DNA of 63,971 nucleotides, filler included, from Ionaspis alba (Eukaryota): NCBI GenBank assembly GCA_964255285.1. It is 3 parts of 3 records of this genome, joined end to end, with 100 filler letters (N's around TTAATTAATTAA, not from the genome) between each part and the next. Parts side by side here need not be neighbours in the genome. Positions count along the whole stretch, not along the records: positions 44,258 to 63,971 come from CAXUUL010000259.1; 2 more parts are not named here. One strand, written 5' to 3'. How positions within the stretch are numbered: position 1 is the stretch's first letter; the number at the start of each line of letters is the position of its first letter. The translations under genes and the position numbers were made by a program. The notes under the pieces are model-generated. The model had not been told where the DNA came from, did no database searches, and saw only the letters and a program-made list of their open reading frames with translations. This document shows, one piece after another, positions 53,501-63,971 of this stretch.

Positions 53501-56396
53501 TGCGACCTCACATTAATGCCATGTCTCTGTCGATGGAACATGAAGGAGGTGAACGATATTCACTCGATGAATCATTGATGGAAAGAATGATGTTTGGTGA
53601 CGAAGCTTTCCCTTCGTCCAAGTTGACAGTCCAGCGTCGCATGCATCCAGATATCGCAGATCTGTCTCGTGCAGGTGACTATCCTTATCTAATTGACCAC
53701 GAATCAACTAAGATCCATCCTCCGGTAGTTGGAATGGTAGATCGTCTCTATTGGCTCGATCATCATCAGCCAGAAGATAGGCCTGACATAGGTTCTCCAA
53801 TGGCACGTTCCCACTCTAATCGACATGAAGTCGAGTTCTGTGCTGGACTAGTCAGATACTTGGTTGAGATTGGAGGCTACCAGCTCGGCGAGATCGCGAT
53901 TCTCACACCTTACAATGGTCAGCTAGCTGCACTTGCTGGTCGACTGCGGACAACGTGCTCTATCTGGCTAAGCGACAAGGACCGGGAGTCGCTCATCGAA
54001 CAAGGCATGCTACCAGAAGGGGACTCGATTGGGCTTGTCAAGACTACTGTGGATCTCTCGAGTATGCTACGAATTGTGACAGTGGACAATTTCCAGGGTG
54101 AGGAAGCCAAAGTAATCATCTTCAGTGCTGTTCGCAGCAATGATCGCGGAAAAGTCGGGTTTCTCAAAACTCGAAATCGGATCAACGTTGCGGTCAGTCG
54201 GGCACGAGATGGTTTTTACGTCGTCGGAAACGCCAGTCTCATGAGCAAAGTGAATCACTGGTCTGCGGTACTTAGTGTTTTCAAGAGCAAGGGCATGATC
54301 GGTGAGACCCTAAAAGTCTGCTGTTCTCGACATGCCGATCACAGATTCGAAATACAAGAGCCAGAGCAGTTTCAACAAATTCCTGCCTGTGCAAGGCTCT
54401 GCTCAGAAGTCCTAATTTGTGGCCATACGTGTACAGAACCGTAAGTCCTGTCCTTCTCTTAGCTTTACGCAACTGATCTAAGGTGCATAGATGTCATCCT
54501 CTGGCGATGCACGACGATGGCCGGATGAAATGCAGTCAAATGCTCTCACAAAATCTGGATTGTGGGCATGAGATCTCTTACAAATGCGGGCAGAAGCCTG
54601 GCAAATGCACTTTCCATTTCCCAGCTCTTCGACTTCCTTGTGGCCATCTATATGCACCGACTTGTGCGGAGAAAGCTGCAGGGCTAGAGCTTAAATGCCA
54701 ACACCCTATCGCTAAGCTTCCTTTGCCGTGCGGGCATTTCAAGGACATAGTATGCTCTGCTACTCGGCAAGCAATACTTTGTGAAGAGGAATGTGGAGCT
54801 GCGTTACCTTGTGGGCATACCTGTGCTCAGCCTTGTTCGACCTGTCAAGGCACCAAGGAACATCCCGAGTGTCAGAAGCTTTGTGGAGAAAGCTTGCCAT
54901 GTGGACATGATTGTAAGCAACCTTGCCACGAGGGAGACTGCGGTCCATGCCAACAAAAATGCTCTCGAGGCTGTCACCATGGCTCGTGCGATTGGGTATG
55001 TAGTACTGTTTGTGATCCTTGTATCAAGACGTGTGAAAAACAAAGCTGCAAGCACCAAGACATCTGCGACGGGTTATGCTCTCTACCTTGTGCACAGCTT
55101 CCATGTTCAGAACCTTGTAATCGTCCACTTCTTTGTGGACTACATCTTTGCTACTCACTTTGTGGTGAGACATGTCCTTCCGAGTGTATTCAGTGCGTCT
55201 CTGGGAGTGCGCCATCTGTTCGACAGATCACACTCGACTGTGGACACTGCTTTCCAGTTACAGAACTCGACGAAGCGTTCCACATCAAGGATCTCTACCA
55301 TGTCAGTCCATCAGGAGAAATCGAAGCAGGTGGTGTCACAAGAATGCCATCGACCTTTGGCATCCGTTGTCCCGAATGTTGGACGCCTGTTGTCAAGGCT
55401 CGACGCTACATCCTCGCCAACCAACTAGGAGAAGTTCCTGACACCATTGACCGTCTCTACTGTAAATTGGGCAGGAAGCTTTCCAACTATGTCACAGACA
55501 TATTCAGATCCGAAGAATACCTTGGCGTTACTTTTGACGGCTTCTGTAACCAGGTGAAGCCAGGACCACTCGCTGGCAAGCAGAACCAAAGACTGGTCTG
55601 GGATAGAACAAATCAGATGCTCGAGGTCCAGCAGATCCTTACCAAGTACCGAGACGAAGTAACTATACCCATTGAGGAATACGTTGCTCAGCTAGCCACT
55701 TTCATCGACAACGAGAACATTCTTACTGCGGCAGTCTTGCCTTATAGACTTCGATTTGACCTCCTCTATTTTAGATGTCGACTCATCACTCTGGAGGACG
55801 GCCTCAAAATGTTTCATTACCTCGACCAACTGAGTCGACTTGACAAGCACACATTGATCATGGCCGAAGCTCTGAAGTTCAAGATTCTGGAGCAGAGCAC
55901 TGGAGAGATTGAGTCCCTTGGCGAACGCATCGAAGAATGCGAGAAGCGACACCTGATCCGGCTAGAAGTTGAACTACGCCTCGTCCAACTGTGTCTACAC
56001 ATGATCCTCGCTAATCTCTCGAGCGACAGCGGAATTGATATCCCAGCCAGCAAGAAGAGAGTCAGCGATCTGTGCCGACGGTTCCCGGACACAGCGGGCA
56101 AGCTCCTCAAGAGTTTTCAACTTCTACGAGCATACCTCGATGGAGGTCCGGCGCCTAAACGACTCTACGATTTGTACTCCAGAGACGTGAGGGAGCTATG
56201 GTGGAACTATGGAAAGCACAAAGTCGGTTCTCTTTGTCATTGCCCATACGGCCATCCGTACTCCGAGCCAACCTTTTCGGAATGCCCTGAATGTGGCCGA
56301 GAGGTCGAGCTGGAGCTGCCAGAGCCTCAAGTCAATGTGGAGGCTATTCTCAACAAGAACGCTTTTCTTGCGCACTTTGGTATTGGTACGAAGTGA
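50572..56396 (+). CDS. ZNFX1-like SF1 (Upf1-type) helicase with CCCH finger, NF-X1 zinc-finger array and C-terminal RZ-like finger; 5' end uncertain
   Basis: CCCH (CQDFVYGFCKNRDACSKIH), RHDNDFESIKDIRILPTTDE, GPPGTGKT, EESSE, GDPLQLRP, QRRMHPDI, TVDNFQGEE, RINVAVSRA, many LPCGHxC repeats, CPYGHPY...CPECG. Introns 51434-51491, 51942-51993, 54441-54490; probable upstream exons 50852-50867 and one ending at 50774. Confidence 0.9.
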
Positions 56397-58353
56397 AACT
56401 TAACGATACTGTGCATGGGGTTGGTGGAGTGAAATCGTCCGGCGACGGGGTGTCATGGTAGATATAGACTGTCGGGATGAGGATTGGCTATCTGGAGAAA
56501 AGGGTTCCTGTGATAGAGTTCGAGGACGGCAGATTGTCCTTGACAAGATCATGTTGAGATAGGAAACGTAGCATAGATCTCCAGTCAGATAGTAAAGTCC
56601 CTTTCACAATGGCCCGTTACAGAAGGTTGACTACGCTACCTATTTATGAGGTATTTGTGCCTAGTTCCTCATCTTTTCAATGGATAGAAATTTAATCAAT
56701 AGACTGCCTTGCTTCCATGCCCTTCCGTAGTCTGATGATCTGCTCCCAATCCACACTTCCAACATCCGAGAATGGTCTCATGCCTCGAGCGGTGTTAATT
56801 AGAAAAGGCTTGGGATCACTACTCCGCTGGGAGAGGGTTGCGAGAAGCTTGGGGGAAGTGTGAAGATCGTTGAGAATTAGAGAAATTACTAGGACTTGCT
56901 CGGTCGTGGAAGTTGGTGCGCTTTGAGANNNNNNNNNNNNNNNNNNNNNNNNNNNNNNNNNNNNNNNNNNNNNNNNNNNNNNNNNNNNNNNNNNNNNNNN
57001 NNNNNNNNNNNNNNNNNNNNNNNNNNNNCCTGACTACATGAAAATCACCTGGCTTCCACTGTACGACTGCACAGGTTTGCGGATCCGCTTGAACAACGGT
57101 GGAGCTCTCGAGCTTGGCCCGTTATCGATCTCCACTGTACTGCATGATATGCGATCACGCGGATCTCTAGAAAGGAGGTGGGGGCGCTTGTTTAGTATCC
57201 ACGATGACACATGGAATACGCTCCCAAGACCCAGCACGCAGATTCATTGGCCTGCAGGAGGGCCGATCCGCTTATGGAGATCGTCTTACCTGCTTGTTGC
57301 AGTGACATAGCCCGTGTGGTCGTCTGATGTCAAATGATTGCAGAGTGGCTGGGGAAAGGAAGAGCTCGACTCCTGCTCTAGAGAGTGCAATTTCAGGCGA
57401 GACACGAGTCCTTTAGACTCCTTCAGAGGCTAGGTTGCCTCTGAAATGGAGATGATAATGACTTATTCCGGGGACAGGATGGCAGATTGCTCTTACAATG
57501 GCACTTGCGTTCTATAAGTGATGACTGTTCCAAATCCGGGGAAGCCGTGATCGGCTTTTGGTATTCCAGAACTTGCATGCATATCCATGCACGCGGTCAA
57601 CAGAGCCGAGTAGATGGTCAGGCTTTCCATTGGTACGATGTGGCACAGCACGCTGCAGTTGGGTCTGGTATAGGGCAGGTTGGGGGGTTGTAGACAGCGA
57701 GACAATTCGAGATGCGCGTGGTTCATGCAACCCTGATTGGCTAATGCATGGTTAATTGGTATTCTGCATGGTTTCCTTCCTTTTCGGACCTTGGAACCTG
57801 GGGGCTGTTTGAATGACAGTTGTGAAACAAAGGAACCTCTTATGCACTTGGGAGCGTGAGCCCCTGTGACTAGAAGAGCTACGCGAAAACGATAGGGCTC
57901 GGGATGAGGGTGCTTCGGCTAATGTAGTATTCCAAGCTGATTTACTACTAGTCTAAGCGAACGTGTGTAATACTAGGCCACTAGCATGGTCACATGATCC
58001 CCCCGAGCCCCTAATTCCTACACTAATAGGTTGTGTGACATGGACAACAGCTCCCGGCGCTTTTCTCATCTGTTATTATGACGGTCAAAAGCAGTTTATT
58101 TTCAAGCTTGGTACGGTCGAGATGTGTTTTATGTGAACGCCAAGGAGATCTGTATGATATTTATCACGATATCAATGATCTAATCGCCGTGTGTTGAGGA
58201 ACCAATACATTTCGAAATATCAGGGTAGAGTAGCAGATTCATTGAAATAGGACAAACTAACTAGCTAGCATTTAAGGAGCGTGATGCTGATATTGGCGAC
58301 TCTCCATAACACCCCTCTCCAACAGTCATGCTGCCTTTGAGCACTAGATATAT

Positions 58354-58885
58354 CTAGTCATCGTACTCGTACTCGTACTCGTACTCCTTTCCGTCCTCGC
58401 CCTTCTCCTTGTGCTTCTTGCCATGCTCTTTCTTGTGGCCCTTGCACTTCGGCTTCTTGTAGTGGTAGTCGAAGTCACCCTCGCAGTGGTTGTAGGAACT
58501 GGATAACGATGTCAATGAATCTATGACAATAGTTCCAGAATTACTCACCCTCCATACTCGTACCCACAGTCGTCCTTCTTGTACGAGCAGCTATAGCACT
58601 CCTTTGGCGGGCAGTATGGCTTGGGGAAGTATTTTTCGAACTCGTAGCTGCAGGAATCGTACGAGCTGATTTCACATGTTGGTCAGTGTAAGCTCGAGGA
58701 TGTGGCAGGACATCGGAACCCGGATGCCTGGACTTGGGCGTGTCATACCCTCCGTATTTGTTTCCACAATCGTCTTGACGATATTCACACTTGTAGCAGG
58801 AATAGTCTTCGCCTCCATTTGGGATGGCGACGGCGAGGCTGCTGCCAACAAGGGCGGCGAGGCTGAGGATAGCTGAAACCTTCAT
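58354..58885 (-). CDS. 132-aa small secreted Cys/Tyr-rich tandem-repeat protein
   Basis: Signal peptide MKVSAILSLAALVGSSLA; exons 58885-58749, 58665-58549, 58498-58354 (399 nt in frame, canonical GT-AG); upstream TATAAG at about 58989-58994 on the minus strand. Confidence 0.88.
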
Positions 58886-61800
58886 GATGTTTGATTGTTT
58901 TGAAAACACGAGGGAATGACAGAGGCTTTATGACAAGGACGCTGGAGGATAGAGAAACAAGAGGCTGTAAGTAGGAAACGGGCGTCTACTTATACACACA
59001 TGCCTGTTAGGACGAGCTCGAGCGTCGTTCACCAGTCTCCTTCAAAGCCTGCTTTAGTAAACATTGACTTTTATGTATGCAAGCACTGGCCCACATGAAG
59101 TATCCAATCAGGAGATGGCCGTCGGGTAATAAGTACACATCCTGTGATATTCCTGAGCTGCCCCAAGTCATGGAGGGTACGCCGTGCAGTAACTGATCTT
59201 CCTTCTCTCAGACCGTTCTACCCAAGCAACACTACGGAATGTAGGCACTGCGAGCCTCTCGGCAGCTCGTTTTGAGCTGCTCGTATCTGCATCAAGAAGG
59301 CTGACCCTAGTTGATGACAAGTTACTAGTTTCCCACTAGCTGGATGCAATGTATGTGCATTGGCCGAAATTCTGGGAGGATCACTCAGTATCAGATCGGC
59401 CATCTTGGTTGATCTAGACGCTCCCATACACAACTCTCAAGCCACCAAAACATAGGAAGTGAAAGAATTCTTTATGCTTGTATGTGCGGAGTGTAGAACG
59501 CGAAAAACTCAGTTAGTATGGCAGCCTAGACATGACGTCAAAATAGCTCATAGAAGGAACGCAAACGTGGTAAGTAGGGGGATAGAAACTGGAAGGCGAC
59601 ATAGTGAAAAGCGCCGTAGTGTGGTATGACATGGAAGCAAAGATGTACACGTTCGAAGTTTGTTGCTCCAATTGTAGCTACATGCGTGTGTATTGATTTG
59701 GGCTATATTGGGCTTAGCGTCGCTAACCTCCTTTCCCTGCGGGAGATCAAGCGCCAAGCCAAATAGCGTCCTCCTTACGCGACCGCAAAGCTTAATCTCA
59801 TTGCAAGTCCTCTGGCAAACCAATCTGAACCTTCCACGCCTATTGCCCTCATCATCATTACCCTCATTATCGCCTCAAATCCTGTCCGCTTTGCCGTCCG
59901 ATATCATGCTAGCTCATCAGCCAATACTCGATGCATATGCCTCTTCTGCCTGGTGGGTTGGTCTTCCGACCGCAGAGGCGGCTTTACTATCCACATCATC
60001 GCCCACGGACTGCCTTCTATATTTGCGACTGGTACAATTGGATCGACTCTCACTAGTTTGATCGGCAGCTAGGCAACATGAACCTTTGTTCTCCTATTTC
60101 CGGCGCAGGGCCAACTCGGAGGCAAAGAAACTGCTTAGTCAACATCATTCCGGCTACAATCAAAGCTTCATCGTCATTTGCTCCTCAGGACGTCATCCTC
60201 TAGACGTCATTGACCTACTCCGCCTTCACTCCGTACTGTATACGCGCAAGTCCAGACTCTTTGGATACGAGCTTTCGTCCCGCCCATGTGAAACTGAACT
60301 TGGGATCCAGTCTCCGATGTTGTTGCTGGTCATCGGGAACCATATTCCCGGCTGAGGACATTCGGCTAGGTGTCTTGCAAATACATCAATGGCCATTGTC
60401 ATCAATACAGCACCAATCTCGACCCACGGAAGACATAAGACGTATAGCAAGCAATGCTTCTTCATGGTTGCTGGGGAGTGGCTGGATGGGTACAAGGCCC
60501 TCTTCTGCTAGCCCTCGCCTGCACAATTGCATCCTATTCGCTTTGCTGGCAAGCTCGAATGTCATGTCCTCAAGATGTCTTGCACCTCAGGTGTCCAATT
60601 CGGTGGACCACACGAAGAGAAATGCGTGCTGCATGAGCTGTATTCGAATTTCCCTCACACCCTTTTGAAGCTTTTTACGCTTCAAAGAGACTACAGCTTG
60701 ATTCGTTAGGAACATTTCATATATACTGTGCATGAGGTGGCGACTTCGATGTGCACAGAGGGTCTCGTCCCGGGACTTGGTGAGAGTCAAACAAAGCTCG
60801 AGATAGCGTGAAATCCTCATGCTTGTGGTATCTGGCCATGGGTTTGACTGAAACGGGAGACGTGTGTGTGTGTTTTACTAAGCTTGCTCACAGTTAGCAG
60901 ATGTGCTACTAATGTCATTATCACTGTATTTTACTAGAGCTGCCGCATTACCACTCCATGGACCTTAATGAACGCGAATATACCAGTCCGAGAACAGATT
61001 GATTCCTCGATCATCGAACGGGAACTCGCCGCAATTGCTTAGTTTTGTTTATCCGACATCGCAACAGAGGATGCATCTACTACTGCAGCTAAAACTAGGT
61101 TGGCTAGTGAGAAGAACATCTAAAGATGCGGCATAGAGAAAGCTGCGAGTTATGGATAGAGATACTCAAAACGTAGTCCCATCGAAAAATATGTTACGAT
61201 GCGCGACTTGGAATCTCCCGTAGTCCATGGTCAAAGCTACAAAGGTAGCCTCCTCCGCGGCGGAAGTGTTCGGCATCGGTACAACGTCCTCCTGCATTAG
61301 AGGCTGACTTGACCCGCCTCGAGAATCACAGCCTCCACCATTGACTTGCAGAAGTAGAGTTTCCTAGTACGGACGCACCTCTCCCCAACGTTTTGCTATG
61401 CACCAATGCCTTGAAGCACGTGCCGGAAGCATTCGGCACCAGGACCGTCGAAGCAAACCACAGGTATCAAAAGCATAACAGTATTAAGATTTCTCGAGCG
61501 GCACAACAACACGAACGCTACGCCACAAACAATGCGAAAGGCGACCTTGGAAGATTCGCATGTTCTCCCATCCTGATCACAGTTCCCGGGGAAAATCCCC
61601 TAAAATTAGTCAATCAACTGCTTGCCCATAAAGATCGCCCCATGGATGGGTAACACGGGAGCTAGTCAGCCATGCCGGATCCTGAAAGCGACGGACGGCA
61701 CAAATCCTGGAAGTGGCGCGGCAACAGCGGCGATAGCTTCGATCGCTAAAACGAACGCTCAACGAACCGGACACCCACGTTGAGCTTGCTCTCCAATACT

Positions 61801-62731
61801 GTAAGCTCATGGTCTATCGCTGTGAAGTTGTTGGTTGCATCATGAAACCTTGCTCTCCTCGGCTATACTCAGAGCGGCTCTTGCGGTCGAGGTGGAAGTC
61901 GAGGAACGGATCTCGAGTCTGTCTTTGCTTGAACAATTGTTTGAAGCCGTGGGAGAAGACTCGAGTTTTATGAGCAATTGAATTGCGAATTGGAGATGCA
62001 TCACGTCGTTGCCATTCCCGTTCACCACGATACACAACGGCACTCGGTGGAGAGTATTATCATATTTGTTTGTTGTCTTGTGATTTCGACATCGGTCTCT
62101 TACTACAACGCTAGAGTTTTGCCTATTTGCACCGCTCTTACCAAGAATTGGGTTGGCCTTGACCGAGTAACATATATGAAACCGTGGAGATCTGATGTAG
62201 TCTCCTGTGTTGTGAAATGTTCTGTTTCTCGTTCCATCTCCCATCGTGCGAGGATTCGATGTGAGCTCTACTGTTAAGTCAATGCCGTTAACCCCTTAGC
62301 CTGTCTCTCAAAAACTTGTGGAAATATAGTGGTCTGCAGAGACTTGACTCGTGCATGCTTCATTCCAGACCATTTAGTGACTGTCGCCAAGCAATCTGAA
62401 TGGTGGACCATGTGGAGCAGACACTTCTTAAAGCACAGCTACAGTCATTGAGAATCGTCAACAGCTGTCACGACCTCACATGGATCATTACTCTCGAACG
62501 TTGACAACACGTCATATCATGGACTACTAATGGGACGTTTCCGAGTCATTCTTTAACTCGTGGAGTCGATAGCCCATTTCACTTCCAGAATGCACATGGG
62601 AGTTGGATAGTGGAAGAGGCTACCTTGCATACTCTATGAACATGTATAATACAGCGTATTGCTGGTATTTGTGCATGCATATGACTCTTGCTCTATTGAT
62701 CTGATCCAGCACCACACCCGGCTGGAGTACC

Positions 62732-63216
62732 TCAAGCTCCGAACTTCCTGTCGAACCATACGCTTGTGGTGAAGAAATCTCGTACTCTCGCCAAGACCCT
62801 TCTGGTTGACGAAGGCGAGTTGTCGACGAAGTCAAACATGCCTGTTGGTTCCCACGCTTCATACTCATCCACAATCCACTTGTCATGACTGGAGTTTCGT
62901 ACCCAGAACCGGTACAGATTCCCATATTGCTTCTCGAATACTTCTAGTATCTCTTCCACTTCTGTTGGAGTATAGCGCTCAGGATGTTTTCCATACGTCC
63001 TGTTCATGAAGTTGATGTGGTGAGAGATCTCGCTTGGCGAGGCCATCGTGGAGTAATGCAATATGGCCATAACGTGGATGTCTGCTCCCCTGAAACCTTC
63101 GTTGTCGCGGAAGCGTCTAGGCAACTTGTATGGGGTGGGTCGTAGAGGAGCGAGGTTAGACTGCCCCGGTTGTTGTCAGTCGCTTTTTGGCGCTCTTTGG
63201 ATGAAGTGCCTACCAT
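62732..63216 (-). CDS. Hypothetical 143-aa protein whose first coding exon is only ATG
   Basis: ATG|GTAGGC...ACTGAC...GGGCAG| (intron 63213-63161) joins in frame to SNLAPLRPTPYKLPRRFRDNEGF...; no recognisable family. Confidence 0.6.
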
Positions 63217-63971
63217 TCTGAACCAAACGACTAGTTCTTGTGGGCTCCCGAAAAATTCAATCGGGAGAAGTGGATGAAGTCAGGCCCGTAGGCGGCGGAG
63301 GATGAGACCTACGATAGTTTGATGACTGGTTCGTAAAGCTCGTTCACGTTGTTCCCTGGAAAGATTTGGTGCGACTAGATTAACTTGCTCTCCAGTAATC
63401 TTTATGGTACTGGCAAAAGAACGACGCATCAATTAGAGGGAAGAATGCGCTATTGCTCATATTGCTGATGACATTCTAGGTTTCACCTAAAAGGAGCAGT
63501 CCTACGGCTTAATAGTCACGGCCGTCCGTGAATTCTTGGGAAAACAAACCATTCAGGATCCTGCTATATGTTCTCTCATAACATGGAGAATATTGCCAGG
63601 GTGTAATGGTATCAAGACTGAGTGTATGGAAAACTCTAATCCTGAGCACCATGTCACGGTGTGGTTCGAAGACAACTTCATTCGATTTTGCTTTACAACC
63701 TTGGATCCTGCCCGTCCTGCCCTATCGTACTTGATCTTGGCTTTCCTAACGATCTTCAAAGGTTGTCTCCGCCGCTAAGAAAGCAACCCGGCTCATGCTC
63801 GTCGCTTTGCTTTACAGGCTTCGCTTGCTCGCCCAGTTTCTGCACGTGTCTCGTACAACCGACCGCTGCGTCTCGAAAGCATCACCAGATAACCAATTCG
63901 ACATGAGATCCTTGTTGTCTTGGCCTATTTTGAGAATGTCGTTATTGATCCCCCAAGGACTCCAGCGTTTG

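Noticed and set aside
57029..57310. 90-aa ORF directly after an N gap
   Set aside because: Could be a gene's 3' end but has no recognisable motif and the upstream sequence is missing.

Overview
Eukaryotic nuclear DNA from a filamentous ascomycete (Pezizomycotina-type genes, short GT-AG introns of about 50 nt, one RIP-like AT-rich relic). The window holds three contigs joined by artificial N-TTAATTAATTAA-N linkers (22056-22155, 44158-44257) plus three 100-N gaps, so gene adjacency across the linkers means nothing. Contig 1 is a housekeeping block: VPS9-domain GEF, tRNA-Arg, ATG15, RPL7 with an intronic C/D snoRNA, SNF8/VPS22, eIF3c, YAK1, RAD26/CSB and a secreted membrane protein. Contig 2 has an LTR-like relic abutting a CorA-like gene, FIG1-like, RRP17, tropomyosin, gamma-glutamyltranspeptidase, a TPR/MYND/SET-like gene, an RlpA/DPBB protein, a DUF2235 hydrolase, a 62-aa membrane microprotein and a PTH11-like receptor. 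Contig 3 has a large hypothetical gene, a PARP-type zinc-finger protein, a ZNFX1-like helicase, a secreted Cys/Tyr repeat protein and an orphan gene. The standout is a tRNA-Arg(ACG) gene (minus strand, 1986-2107) interrupted between nucleotides 32 and 33 by a 50-nt insert with spliceosomal-intron hallmarks (GTTCGT...TAATAAC...TAG) rather than a canonical 37/38 tRNA intron. All exon structures were deduced by eye.
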